From Sphaerodactylus townsendi (Eukaryota): a stretch of DNA of 64,000 nt. The stretch is from contig NC_059427.1 in NCBI RefSeq assembly GCF_021028975.2, positions 76,260,001 to 76,324,000 of the forward strand, in the 5' to 3' direction. Made by a program: the position numbers and the translations under genes. This document shows, one piece after another, positions 50,391 through 64,000 of the stretch (position 1 is the stretch's first letter; each line of letters begins with the position of its first letter). The notes below the pieces were generated by a model that saw only the letters and a list, made by a program, of their open reading frames with translations, was not told the origin of the DNA and searched no databases.

Positions 50391-51902
50391 GAAATGCCCC
50401 TGCAGTGGGTATCTGAACCAGAACTGGTGCCCACTCACCATGGACAGGCAGCTGCCAGAACCAGTGACCTGCTGAGGGCCTGCCTTGGATGAGCCCATTT
50501 ATCCCTAGAAGGAAATGAGTTACTCTTGGAGTCCAAGAGGCAGCAGAGCAGGGCTCTACAAGCTCCATGAAAGTTGACAGGGCATGAGTGAGCCACACTT
50601 CAGTGATACCTTCCAAATGCCTCTGTACAGACAAGCAGGAGAAAGCAGAAGCAGGACACTCTTTTTTCAAACCCTGGCATTGCCTTCATGTTGAACAGAA
50701 TGTGCACCTGGAGGTATGCATATGAAAAGCCACAACCGGCAGCCCCATTCTTAATTGGTTCATAGCCATGCTGCAGGAAGGTTAATTTGTAATTACATTT
50801 CAACTTTTGTATGGTTTACATAGAAGATGCCATTTTGGACTAAGGCTGTTCTGCCTTTTCATTATATGAGGCCCAGAGCTCATTCCCTCTTTTTCACTAC
50901 CACCTGGATATATCCAAATATAAAAAAGCATCCAGCTAGCTTATGTTCCCCACCTGCCTCCAGGAAGCTCATGGTGACACTTTATTCTCACAGCACTTCT
51001 GTGAGAAAGGTGGGGCTGAGGGAGGATGCCTGGCCTAAAGTCACCCAAGCACATTTAATGGCAAGTATGGATTCAAATTTGGATCTTGCAAATCTTAGTT
51101 CAGCACTGTAACCACTACCTCACCCTGGAATCGCATATGAAAGGATGACATCTGATTTGGGAGCATGTACGGTTATCCTTGAACTAGAAGGCAAGCACTG
51201 GGAACTGGGAGTACTACTACTAATAGTGGATCAAGTAGTACTTTATTTATTTATTTATTGTTTCAATTTCTACACCGCCCGATCCCCGAAGGGGATCTTA
51301 TCTTACAAGTACTTATAGTACTTGTAATTTAAAAAAGTTGAAATAGCAACATTTCTCCATCATATTTTCCTTCCCAGCAATGTGATCTTGTAGGTTCATG
51401 TATTTCTGCTTTTCCACGTGGACAACTAAGGCTGAAAGCTGAATTACAAAATAGGACAGCCTACTAAATTTATTACTGAATAGGAATTAGTATGAAAATC
51501 ACCTGAGTCCACAGTTCTACACATGAAACTTCTACTGAAAAGGATGTTTGTCATTTGATTTCCTGGCAGGCCAGTTAACAAACAGCTGCAATAGGAGGAG
51601 GAATTTGTGTGTGTGTGAGTTTTCATTTAATCGTTAAATTCTGACAGTATTGTAGCTGTTTTCTATTAGAGCCTGTAAAATGGACAAAAATCCACCCGAC
51701 ACAGACTTTCCAAATCACTGTATCTCCATACTGAGGAGAGCCTAGCTGAAATTACCTAAAATGTTATTTCAGCAGAATAAGTGGAGGTCGCTCGGTAAAT
51801 GCAGGAGAGCTCAGTAACACGTTAAGACTTTGCCAACAGACTTCACCGCTCTCTGGATGGGAGCTACCCAGGGCTCCAGCCTCTTGTAGTAAAAACCTCA
51901 TC

Positions 51903-51918
51903 CGCCACTAGAGGGCGA
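51903..51918 (+). promoter_or_regulatory. CTCF-binding motif upstream of ADAM19
   Basis: CGCCACTAGAGGGCGA closely matches the CTCF core consensus CCASYAGRKGGCRS. Confidence 0.7.
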
Positions 51919-52542
51919 TCAAACAACTTCAGAGGCCCACCGAGTTATCGCTTCTTTGGAAGCGGTCACAGAAACTAGAAATTAAGCAGCCCCATTGTGC
52001 CGCTGGACATGGCCAAAAGCTGAAGATGCCCCGTGCTCTGGTGGATGCTTACTCGACTGAGTGGGGGGTTCGGTTAATCTGCGCCCATCCCTTGTTTTCC
52101 TTACCAAATTGATTTGACAGGGATCGACATCCATTTCAGATTCCACGGCGTCTCTGTAGACAACAGGCTGAAATTGCCGCTACTCAAGAGTAGCAGAATG
52201 CTGTAAGGAAAATGGGTTGCATCTCTAAGCCCCGCCCACTGATCTCTTAAAGGCTCAATGTAAAATCATGGTTGGAAGGACTCTTGGGTTGCTTCTGCTA
52301 CGTCACAGGGCAACATCTGGATTGGAATGGTGGAGGCTGCTTCGGATAGGCTAATTTTGATAAGGCATCTTGAGTTCTGTGCTGCTTGTCTCTCTTTCAC
52401 TTTGGTGCATGTGTGCGCGCAAAATCGGAGGGTTCCCAGGCTGTCATAAGAGCGTACATCCTAGCAGCAGAGGATGCAAACCAGCCGCAGCAGCAGTCAT
52501 TCGCAATGAAGGTGCTGTCTCCGTGAAATATCCCAGCAGATC

Positions 52543-52648
52543 ATGGCAGGGATTATGCCCGGTGCTATAAGGCGAGCCTTGGTTTCTTCTGTGACTCTCC
52601 TCTTGCTTTGGCTGAGGCCGTTTCCAGCTCAGGCGTCGGGAGAGAAAG
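52543..52648 (+). CDS. ADAM19: ADAM19 exon 1 (signal peptide; ATG 52543 or in-frame ATG 52555, MPG)
   Basis: MAGIMPGAIRRALVSSVTLLLLWLRPFPAQASGEK is a hydrophobic signal peptide; phase-1 donor G|GTAAAT; syntenic position after SOX30. Confidence 0.82.
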
Positions 52649-55428
52649 GTAAATCTGAGAGGGGCAAGATGTATAATCTATCTATCGAACTGTAGCAACT
52701 TGGATATAACGGACTGGAAATATTGGGAAACGTTAGTGAAGCATGTTTATATCTATGTTTTTGAATATGAGATGATATCGAAGGGTGGTGAGCTTATCTG
52801 GCATCTTCAGTTGTGGGTGCCTTTGGTAAAATAACCTTTTTTGGGACAGTGGGACAAATGCTTGATATTGTGTTACCAGCAACAGATGTAGGATGAACCT
52901 ACAAGGAAAGGGTTAATATTTACCTCTCTGTCACTGGCTTGTTTGGTTCCTAGATTAGAATTTAGAAGCAATTTGTTTGTGAAAGGGTGTGCAACAGGTA
53001 TGCCCCAGAGAGTGTTACAGAAATAGAAACACTTTTATTTTCCCCATGTCCCTTGCTAACATGATAAACAATGCATCCTCAGAATCCACTGAAGTGGTGC
53101 ATGCTAACAAAGATCAAAAGTGGAGCTCTAGAAATGGGTAAAATACTGGAGCCTTTAATTGTAGGTGAGTCGCAGCATCCTCTTAACTGTCTGCCTTCTA
53201 TAATGAGTTAAACAAGGGAGGCTCAGTTCCCAAAACAAGATATTCTGGGGTTCAGTTCATGTCCTGCATATTTATATTCCACCTTTCTTACATCATCAAA
53301 CTCAAGGAGTATGTGAACATGCATGCCAATAACTTTTCTGAGTCAAGCCTTTGGTCTATCAAGGTCTATTGTTTAAAAATGTGCATATACATTTATGTGT
53401 GTGTCACCTTCAATGGGAGATTCCGAGAACTGAACTTGGGACCTTCTGCGTGCCAAACAGATGTTCAGCCACTGAGCCATGGCCTCAGAAGGCATTCCTA
53501 TCTAAGCACATAAAAATCCTGTAGCTGCTCACTTCAGCAAAGTTGTGGCATTGGGTAGGTACATGGACAATCTTTGGCTACTCATTGGAGACAAAAAGAA
53601 CTCCGCAGTTCTTCTCACTTTCACATGTTCCTGGCACAGCACTGGTAGTGAAAACCAATTCCTGCCTTCCAGATAATGACCTCATTGGACCATGCTGAAG
53701 GTCTGGCAAGGAAACCTTGACCTACACTCAACTTAACTTTCCTAGTTATCAGCAGAAACTTTCTGCTGGAAAAGGGCAGTTCCAATTGCTGCACTTAAAT
53801 GGCTGGCTGAACAGAGGCTTATCCCAACAGACATTATGTTCAGGCTAAAACAGGGATCAGGGCACCAGGGCAACTCTGTTTAAGTTAAATCATTGCAGTT
53901 TTCTCACCAATTATTCACACATTAGCTTCCACAACCAGAATCAACCTTTACAGATTCAGCACAGGATCATAAAATGCACTCAGCCTTTTTGATAGTGTTT
54001 TATTCTAAAGGGGAAAAAAGTAAAAAATAATAATAATTGGCAGAATATGAGCAAATCTCATACATAGAATTGAATATTTTGTAATGGGTGCAGTGGTGAC
54101 ACTGTCCATGTACTCCAGTGTGCTGTAGGAGGTAGAGGCCTGGATTTGGACACAGAAAATACAGTTCAAATTCTTTCTTCCCTTGTTCAGGTGGAAGTTG
54201 GCTAGAAAGCAAGTTATTGTTTCTTAATCTAATGGCTATGTCACTGGGTTGCTGTGAGCACAAGGCAGAGAGAAGTTGGCATATTGTTTTGTACAGTGCC
54301 AGTAAAACTGTGTGGGTACTTATTAATATAGATTACTTAAAATATTGTCTTGCAACCAGGAAGAATACAGCTTTTGTTTTTACACAGGTTTCTAGTCCTT
54401 ATGGTAGTACAGAAAGATAGGGCTTGTTCAAGTCTACAACATGTTTGCTGTGTTCTTTGAATGCTACTGAACAAATTGCCCAGTAACAAAGCTGGAGAGT
54501 TCCATGTTCAGGTAGCCTGGTGTTTTGTTTACTGTGTTGGACTAGATTTAAAATCTACTCAGGCCTTTGGTCAGTTGCTATGTTTCAGCCTAACTTGCAA
54601 GGTTGTTAGGATTAAATGATGAGCAGGGGGAGAGGGGGGAAACACTTGAAGGAGGGGCATTTCATTTATTATTTGGAATTGTTTGAGAGTTTCAATAGAT
54701 TTCCCTCCTGCAATCTTTTAATCTTGTAGTCTTCCAAGACCAAAAAACCAAAAAGCCCACTTTTTGAAATGCTGTCACACCAAAAGTGTTAGTGGGGAAC
54801 ACAGCTGAATAATACAAAGCTAGGTAGATTAACCTAGTAAAATGTATACCTTTCCCTTTGAAATGATACCCATAGGTGTCACTCAGTGTGATTTATTGGG
54901 AAACTCCTTGCTCCCATGCATGGAATTCCTTTAGCCACCTACTGCAGCTCTTGAAATGGAATTTGCCTTAATACTTTTATTGCCAATTGTCAAGCCTGGA
55001 AGACAAGAAATGCTAACTGCATAAAAATAAAATGTCACCCCTCAAATTATCTGAATGATAATCCAGTCTGTGAATAAATAATATCATGTTTGTTCTCCTG
55101 CTCTTACAGGGAAGACTTTTTCTGCTATGAATGCTTAACATGTGTGGTTGTACTTGTAACTTATGTCTCAGTGTTCATTTATTTTGGCAAGCAGTGGCTG
55201 AATGTTTCCACATTGACAAAACAGTTTTAATGCCTGCCCACTTGGGAGAAAAATGACTATTGTATTTTGGACATAAGGGCCATTGGTGATTTGCAGCGAG
55301 AAGGATCCAGAGCACTTAAAGACCCTAATGGCCACATAGATCATAAGTTAATGGCTGTTGTGCTGCTTTCCCCAAGGACCTTTATAAGTTGATACTGAGG
55401 ATTTGAACAGCTGCTTATGTTTCCCCAG

Positions 55429-55514
55429 AGACAAGGAATGTAGTACACTTCCAGGTGCACCATGAAATCACAGTACCTCAGTGGAGAGCAGATGGGAGTG
55501 CTGGCAATGACAAG
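55429..55514 (+). CDS. ADAM19: ADAM19 exon 2 (prodomain)
   Basis: (E)TRNVVHFQVHHEITVPQWRADGSAGNDK resembles ADAM19 HELIIPQWK; CCCCAG acceptor, AAG|GTAAGT donor; 86 nt. Confidence 0.85.
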
Positions 55515-58500
55515 GTAAGTTGCCTAACAATAATGGAAGGACAATATTTTAGCTCTCTTTCAGACATATATTAGCCTGATCTGTTCATTAGCATAAATGG
55601 TTTATCAGTTGGTGATTTAAAAACCTTTTAAATTCTGCTTGCACCAGATTCTCTTCAGGTCAGAACTCTCATGTATGACTGGAGTATCTGTCCCTGGTCT
55701 GGCACTGGGGGTGTGTGTGTGCTGCTGCTGCGTCACCCTCTCTGCCACTGCTGCAGCCACAGCAGAAATGTGAGTGGAGATGATGAGGAATGGAGATGGG
55801 GGGATTGCTGTGCTGCTGCCCCTGCCTGCCCTCTCTGCTATTGCCACTACAGTAGCAACTTGAAACACAAGGGACAGAGACTGGGAGGAGATGTTGACCA
55901 AAGTGCAGCTGGCTTGCCTCTTGTAATCAGCGACTGGCATCCACCTGCTCCCCTACTGTGACAGCCAGCCCTGCCCAGTTCCCCCTCTCTCAGTATCCTA
56001 GTCTTCCCTTGTTGCTTGTAGAGAGGGTCTGTGTCCCCTCATCCAGCTGCCCTCACTTTCTGACTGGCTAGCATACCAGATTGCAGCTGCATGGGAAGAA
56101 GACACTCACATGCTCCTTATGCTCACAGCCCAAGTCACAAGTAAGTGCTGTCGGGTCACAACTGAGTTGTGGAAACCCCAGTAAGAGGCTTTCAAGACAA
56201 ATGAGGAACAGAGATAATTTGCTGTTGCCTTCCTCTGCAAAGTCTTCCTTGGGGGTCCGCTGTCCAAGTACTGACCCTGCTTGACTTCTGAGAGTGGACA
56301 AGATCAGGCTATACCATATAATTCTATATGAGGGGGCATGATAATGACATAATCCAAGCTGACTATTTGATAATTGCATAACCTTGAATAATTACATGTT
56401 AAAGCAGAGAAGAAAGTGTTCAAAATACCAAAATTCATCTGGGAGCCAGTTGAAAAGTATGGTTTTATTTATAAGCAGTCCCAACATAATAATGAAAACC
56501 CAACAATATCAATGTCACAATATATTTCTGCTAAAAAAACCCCACCACAGACAAAGACATATAGAGCCAGATTAAGCTAATTGGGGGAATTAGCCATGCT
56601 GGCAGGGGCTGATGGGGCTGATGGGATTTGTAGTCCATGAACATCTGGAGAGCCACAGGTTGCAGACCCCTGGTCCAAGTGGTTGCAGAGCTAGGGCTCC
56701 TTTGATGTAGGGGAATCTGTTTATATCTAATGCTTCACATAGTTGATGGTGCTGTAAGTTTTTCCACCTGTTCAAGATGTCAAGACAATTTGGGGAGTGC
56801 AAAGTACTGGACGTTTAGAAGAGACTCTATACTCCATTTGAAAACTACACAGAGGGATCTCCCCGTTGCACTGAACAAAACCTCAAAAAAAAGTTGTTGA
56901 TATTTTTGTGGAGGTTTTCTTCTGAAAAAAGACAACAATAAAAGCTGGTTTTTGTGGGAGGGGAGCTATTTTGTCCCACCATGTTTTTTAAAAATCCTCT
57001 CCCACGTAGAATTCAGGGCAGGGAGCACAGTTCAATGCTGGATTTGGCTTGGTTTGGTCCACCTTTATGTTGCTGGCTTCACCCCTGAAGCCCAAACCTC
57101 TGAAGTCAGGGGGAGCTCTGGGGGCAGAGCCAGTGGTATGAAGCTGGACCCCACCAGACTAAGCCTGTTTAATGCTGGGCTCGACCTGGCTGGATCCAGC
57201 TTTAAGTCTGCTGGATTTGCCCCCGAAGCTCCACCTCCAAAGTCAGTATGGTGTACCAGCTTTTTTTCAGGTTTTTCAAAAGTTTCCAGGTCTGTTGAAC
57301 CCAAAGTCAAGAGATATTGATAATATTTTTTGGTCATCTCTACTCTTGAGTCTCGCTTTTCTAAGTAAAACTGTACAAGGAGAAAGATCAGTTCATTCCA
57401 AATTAGACATAGATAACATTACACACAAGACTTCTGCTGTTATATTATAATGAATGTCTGCTATAATATTAGTTGAAGATCACAGGAATTATTTGTTAAC
57501 AGCATAAGAAAATGTCTCTCTGTGTAAGAGGTAATAGCCTCTTAATGGGGTGGTACATGAGGAGAGTTCAACTGTGGTTTAAGTTTGCACTTTGTAGTTC
57601 AATTGATGCTATATCTGGAAGCTCATTAGGGAACAGAAGTTATAAGTTCAAATCCTTCCTTTATCATGAAGCTCCCTGAGTGACCTCTGGCCAGGTTACT
57701 TTTAAAATTTTAATTTACCTCACAGGTTGTTAGAAAAGTAAAATGCAGGTGTGGAGAACCTTATTTACTTTGTTGAGTGCCTTGAAGGAAGGTTGGGATA
57801 AATAATGTGGCTTCCTTGTATACTAGATCAACTATGGGAACACATGTTAATATTAGTCCAGCTGTGGTCAGTGGGAACCAAAGTTGCTATTTTTGCCTTC
57901 CATTTACTTGTGTTTATAATATTTGCTTGCAAGATGGGTGTTGAAATGAGGAAATGATTTGTATTCTGACTTTAATTTGACCTATTTGGTCAAAGCTGTC
58001 AGTCACTAGCCTATAGCCATCACAGGAGAGCATCAAGAATCATTCTGATTAGCCAACTTCCTTTTCTGAGAAAATATGTTATCACATCAGCAGATGTAGC
58101 AAGATGACTTACTCTCATTTTAGAACCTGCTTCCAGTAACTACCACAATTTGTCCAAACTTAAATGTACCACAAAGACATTATGTTCCACTTGTGTCCCC
58201 CATATGTTTGCACAGAGTTGGAAAGCAGCTTGATTTTATTTATTTATTTATTTTTTCAATTTATATACCGCCCGATCCCCGGGGGGCTCCGGGCGGTGAA
58301 CAACAGGAGCAATCATACAAATATAAATCCCATAGGCTCCATCCCATATAGCCCAATCTCGGAACTAAGTAAGGTTTGTACTTGGCTGGGAGACCATCAA
58401 GGAAGACTTTGTAGAGGATGGCAATGGCAAACTATCTCTGCTTCTCACTTGCCTTGAAAGTCACCATAAATTGGCTGCAACTTGATATGCACACACACGT

Positions 58501-61052
58501 GTTTGTGTTACTATGAAAAATTGAGCATTACTTATAAAATCTTAACAAGTGGGAGACCTGCAAGGATTTGCAAAGTACATCTTATTTGCCCTCCCTCACA
58601 GTTTATTCCATTGCTGAAAGCCCCGGGGCCTCACCTCCTTTCAGCTTCCTTTTTGCCTTCCCACCAACCAGCAAACTTACTCTTATCTTCCCTTCTTTTT
58701 AGCTTTCTCCCTTTCCCATTCACTGGCAGCCTCTCTGGGAAAACGTGGGCTAATTTGTGTGGGGCTGGCCACTTGCTGGGATCAAGCCCAGTTGTAGAGG
58801 GCACTTCACTTCCCCTGTATACTCTCATATTATTTCCTGTTTTCTTCCTCCTGCAAATCCTCATATGCTCATGTTTCCTTGCTTTCTTTTCTCCTTCTCA
58901 TCCAACAGGCAGACTACTTTTATCTTCCCCCTCATTATTTATTTAATTGTTATACTTATTCTTTATAACTTATTAATTTAATTCATTGATATCCTGCCTC
59001 TATCCATAATGGGAACCCAAAACAGCATATATCATTTCCCTCTCCTTTTTACCTTCACAACAACTCTATGAGCTAGATTAGGTCAAGAGTGTGCGACTGG
59101 CCTAAGATTACCCAGCAAACTTTCATGGCAGACTAGGGATTCAGATCTGAGTGTCTCAGATTGTAGTGTGAAACTCTAACCAGTGTACTACACTGGCTTC
59201 TCTGTGTGTGAGTGCGTGTGTGGGTGTGGGTTTGGGGGTGTTGAGCCATATCAAGCAGCCAGTCTTAGACAAGTCAAACAAGTTATGTTGTCTACTGGTG
59301 GGTCTGGCTTTGATGGATCCTTATTTAAAGGTTAAAACAGCCTTGGAATGAGCTCTGCCCCACTCTTTTTACTGACAGAAGCCAATGCTTGAAAGCTGGC
59401 AATACTGTCGTGATTGCCTAGCTAGCCTCCAACAGAATCTGAGAGGAGGACATTTGTTTCTTGATCCTATTGGTGCTGCTTTTATTATTGGGGAGGAAGG
59501 TTAAACCAACCATTTTAAAATATTAGATTTTTCTGCAAACCTGGGGCTTTTTCAGGTTTGTAGGAAGATCTAATCTTGTCTGTTCATGGCTCCAGTCTCC
59601 AGCTTTAAGTATCCACTGATGGAGTCATGTTGAAAATTTGACTTATTGGCAAGGAGTGACCTACAAGGAACTTGTGGAGAAGAGGCAGTCCTTTGCCTTT
59701 GCTATCTCTGCTCTTCCCCAACCCTTCTCTGTCATTCTTCCCCCTTCTTTCTCTCCTCCTCTCCCCGCATTCATCGGGATGCTCACATGGCAGCTTGGGC
59801 TTCTATTCCGACCCTGCCCATATCCAGTACAGCTGCCTCAGCACCCATGAAGGTGGCAAAGCCGATTGCTGCATTCCCTCCCATCTCCTTCTCCAACATT
59901 GCTATTTCAGCAGGATCCCGGGGGTGGAGAGACTTCTTGAGAGACTTCCTGTGCATCTTCCCCTTCCCATCTCAAGTGTCACCACTTCTGCTCAGCATGT
60001 CATTAGAGGGAAATTCAGTGGTCCTGGGCTACCTCATCTGCCTGCCTCCAGTTTTGTTGCATCAACAGGAGGAGGAACATTGTTGCCTCATCACTGTGGA
60101 GGACTGAATGGTCCTATGCTTTCTCCCATACCCCTCTCCAGTTTTGCTGCCTCATCTGCTGAGGATGTGTTTTTTGTGGAAAAAAAACACACCCTCAATT
60201 TTAAGAGTTTTCCTAAGGGAACATATGTTGCCTTTATTTTTCTTCTAAGAACAAGTAATGATGAGTCCAGAGATATCCCTGTTTAGATTTTTCCATATTA
60301 TTGAAAATCGGAATTTTTGAGAAAAATAGTAAAAGGACTAGAATAAGTCACAGAGGAGTCTAGAGAATTACAACAGTAAAAGGCATTTTTGGCAATATTT
60401 CCAAACTTGTAAACTGCTCTAACAGGAAGAGGATATGGATTGTTTGAAAATTTGTGAGGAAATTCTTACAGGGAAATTGAAGATTCATTAATAAATGAAA
60501 GAATTGGTACTGAGAAAATTTCTAGTACCTCATGATATCAGGAATTGTGGGAAAGAGGACAAATCAGGGGTCCACAGTGTGGCACCCATGGGCATGCCAT
60601 GGTGCCCATTACACATTTCCTGGTACCCACCAGGTGTTTTTAGGAAATGGGCAGATCCAAATGGGGCTTTTGTCAACATGGCTTTTATGCTTTTATGTCT
60701 TATGCAAAATGTCTTATTTCTAGGTTTTCACTTGATCATAATCGATCCAGTTGTATTTCCCCTTTAGCTTCAGCCCATGCATTCAATACAATTAATCCAA
60801 ACATCGTCCTTGTTTGCTTCAGAAACAATCTTCCAACATCATCCTCCCTTTCCACTGCGGTCTTTGGATCTACCGCTATGGACTTGCTTCCAAGTAAACA
60901 AACTTGGGCTTAAACTTTAAGTGGTTTGCACACTGCACTTTTAGAATCACAGAAATAAACCATCTTTAATTTTGTTAATCATTATTGAATATAGTACTTT
61001 AATAAGACTTCTATGTGAAGTGTATGTAAACAGCCATTTCTTTTATATGCAG

Positions 61053-61123
61053 CATCCACCTAGAGCAGAAGTCAATATAACAGCTGAAGGAAGAAATCTC
61101 ATCTTGGATATTGAGAAGAATGA
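61053..61123 (+). CDS. ADAM19: ADAM19 exon 3 (prodomain; the gene continues beyond the window)
   Basis: HPPRAEVNITAEGRNLILDIEKN(E) resembles ADAM19 HPLKAELRVMAEGRELILDLEKNE; GA|GTAAGT donor; 71 nt. Confidence 0.9.
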
Positions 61124-64000
61124 GTAAGTTTGTGATTCTTATTCTATATGTAGTTACTAATCTCAAGATGGGGAGCTGGAGTTCTCCCGGAATAATAGTT
61201 GATCATCAAATGCCAGATAAGTTCTGAATGAAATGGCAGTTTCTGGAAGAAATGGTAATTCTATGGCTGCCCATTCCCACTGAGCTCTCTCTCATAAGCA
61301 CCCTTCTTAGGCACTGCCCCTACATCACCAAAAATTATCCCAGCTGTAGCTGGCAACCCTCATTCCATGCAGGGCTTGAATCTCTATGAGTCCCTGGACT
61401 CGCACACACCCCTCCGATCTAATTCCCAAATCATATGAAAACAAATTATGTTACTTCCTCAGTTCCATGGGGTGCAGATGACCTATGTTCCAGGGATTTT
61501 GTCCCTCTGTTCCCGCTCTCCTTGGTGGCCAGCTATTAACAAAGCCAAAAAAGCCACACTTGAATCTTAAATGTATTCTAGCAGGGAAAACTTCAGCAAG
61601 TACAGTTTCTTCTATTCTAGAACTTTAAGATTCCCATTGTAAGCTCCATTTCATTCGATCATTATATTATGTTTATTGCCAAACTGTAGTGTTCTCCTGA
61701 GCCTAATTATTAGAAATGAAATCACATAAACCCATGCACCTTGGCCCATTCTGCATAGCAAACCTAAAGCAGGTTGCAGGTGGGATAAATGAATCTGCCC
61801 TCGCCCCAGGCTGTTTGCTTGACTGACTGTGAGCCAGGATGTGTATATATATTAAAAAGGAAAACGCATCTGACTAAAGCGCCTCCTGCCCAGCCGTTCA
61901 CTCGGCTGTGGCTGTGAGGCACATTAAAACAAATTAATAGTACATAGTACAATTCTTGAAAAATCCGGGTTGGGGGCAGAGTGGATTCGCGTTAGGAGTG
62001 GGATCCATGCAAAGTTTCCCCACCCCACCCCAGTTTTATCCCGTCCTTAACCCATGTTTATTGGCCCGTGTGGAAAGGACCCAAGGGTAAAGGCATGACA
62101 TGGCTGCATGTAGGTAAGGCCTAGATATTTTCATCCAGCCATGCAAAAAAAAAAAAAGGGGGCTTTGGTGTTACCTAATCCAGGTATATATTGTAAATAA
62201 ATTTGTCTTTTTCCCAGAATGATGAGAGTGGAGATATTCATATTTTGCTTTTCTTTCACATCTGGGGTGTCAAACCTGTATACAGAAACAAATTCAAAAA
62301 TACAACTTAAAGTTCTAACATCCTGAGTTCATGCAGCTTTCACTAGTTTGGATTACTCAGAGCCACGAGCAAGCAGCCAGGGGCCTTTTGGTTCTTACCT
62401 TTCTGCTCCCACTTCTGGGCACACCCAGACTAAATACTTGCAACAAAGGAGAAACTGAAGCTCAGATCTCATTTTGCTGGCAAAGATGCTCCAAGCCTTC
62501 CACCTACTACTTTCTGTTGTTGCTGTTATTATTTTGATAAAATACATATATTACCAGTTACACTGCAGTAACATGTATGAAGATGCCCCAATAGTCTTTT
62601 CTAACTTCCAGAATATACTGTAGTGAGGTAATATGCATTGGAAGAGACAGAAGGGAGATATTCTTTAACTCTTTCAAGAAGTAATACACTGGCAGGAGAA
62701 GGGTTGAGAGCTCTGCTTTCTTCCATGCTTTTCCACTTCAGATCACACCTTCCTGATGGTTGTTTTGCCTAGGTGAAACAGCTGTAGTGTTACTTCCTAT
62801 TTGTGGCTTCAGTGTCATTTGTGCTTCTTTTTCCTAAGAAGTGAGGAAAGAAGCATAAATGACTTGTACTCTTTTTAAAATTGCTTTTACTGTAATATAG
62901 GAAGTATGACTCTCTTTTGAAATCTGTGAACTTCAAGAGACAGGATGTAAGCATCTCTTGCCACAGTTCCTGTCCAAGTACCTGTACCTGTACACCTTTC
63001 TGAGTCAGAGTGGATGTGGTGATCATGGATCACCAGTAGTCTATGAAGAGTAGGTTGTGTTCATGTGCAGCCATAAACTGCAGCAGCAAATGAACAAAAC
63101 TTTTTACAGACTTATGAAAATCCATGCTGTTTATCCCATTGGTTTTGCTTGCTATTTGCTACTTGCTAGGTGGCAAGTGGCAACGTTGATAACAGTGCTG
63201 ATGCAAAGGTAAAAGTTTCCAGCCATGGTCTGGTCCACAGCTGCTCTTTGTATGAGGTTTCCTATTAATTTAATAGTTCATGAGATGGGAAACTTGTTGA
63301 GCCATGCAAATTTTTACCCAATGCCTTTCACATTCCTCTGAAGGAATTCCATTCTGAGAAGGGGACTGCTAATATGCCTTGATCAATATGCTAATAAGCT
63401 GTGATTACTTTTTACTCATGTAGAATATAGTCTGTCTTGCTGGACTTGAGTCAGGTTATGGGCAATTCAAGGACAGTAGGGTTGCCAACATCTGTAGAGT
63501 AGGGTTGCCAACATCCAGGAGGTAGCTGGAGATCCTCTGGGATTATAGCTGATCTCCAGCTGGTGGAAATGGATGCTTTGGACACTGGACTCTACAAAAT
63601 TATATCCCATTGAAGTCCCTCCTCTCCCTAACCCTCACCTTCCTCAGACTCCACCGTCAAAATCTTCAGGAATTTCCCAACCCAGAGCTGGGAACCCTAC
63701 TGTAGGGGCTGATAGAATACAGAAACCCACTGCATTTATTTTTTGCAACTAGAATTCTTATCCCCGCTCCCCACCACCCGCCCCAGCCATTGGGGCTGAT
63801 GTTTCTGATTTCATTCCTGTTCTAATAAAGGATGGGGGCTCTAGTACTTCCCAGCTGTGTGTACATTATTGCATTTGGGAAACAATAAAGTTACGTTATA
63901 TGCATGAAAAAAAAATCCTGTTGCAAAGATACAGTTGTACCAAGATTTTGCTTCCATTCTAAGCTCTCTAGGAAAGCCACCGGCAACCTAAATCGGTGTG

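Noticed and set aside
59638-60286. Overlapping 153-aa and 204-aa ORFs in ADAM19 intron 2
   Set aside because: Low-complexity CT-rich sequence with non-ATG starts; probably repeat-derived; no domain.

Overview
This is vertebrate genomic DNA, not prokaryotic. The repeat content (CR1, L2-like LINEs, Penelope-like elements, tRNA- and 5S-derived SINEs, hAT/Harbinger MITEs) points to a squamate, probably a gecko (inference). The window holds the conserved LSM11-THG1L-SOX30-ADAM19 block: LSM11 exon 1 (minus), complete THG1L (6 exons, minus), complete SOX30 (5 exons, plus, 783 aa) and ADAM19 exons 1-3 (plus). Exon boundaries were read by eye from GT-AG sites and reading-frame continuity. The most notable signals are: (1) several Penelope pseudo-LTR copies carrying minimal hammerhead-ribozyme cores, repeatedly in inverted pairs, with the best-preserved pair about 110 bp upstream of SOX30 exon 4; (2) a three-ATG arrangement at THG1L that could set mitochondrial versus cytosolic isoform output; (3) a 19-aa tandem duplication in SOX30 exon 3; (4) THG1L and SOX30 head-to-head, with start codons less than 900 bp apart. 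No database searches were run; gene identities and comparisons with human come from recalled sequences.
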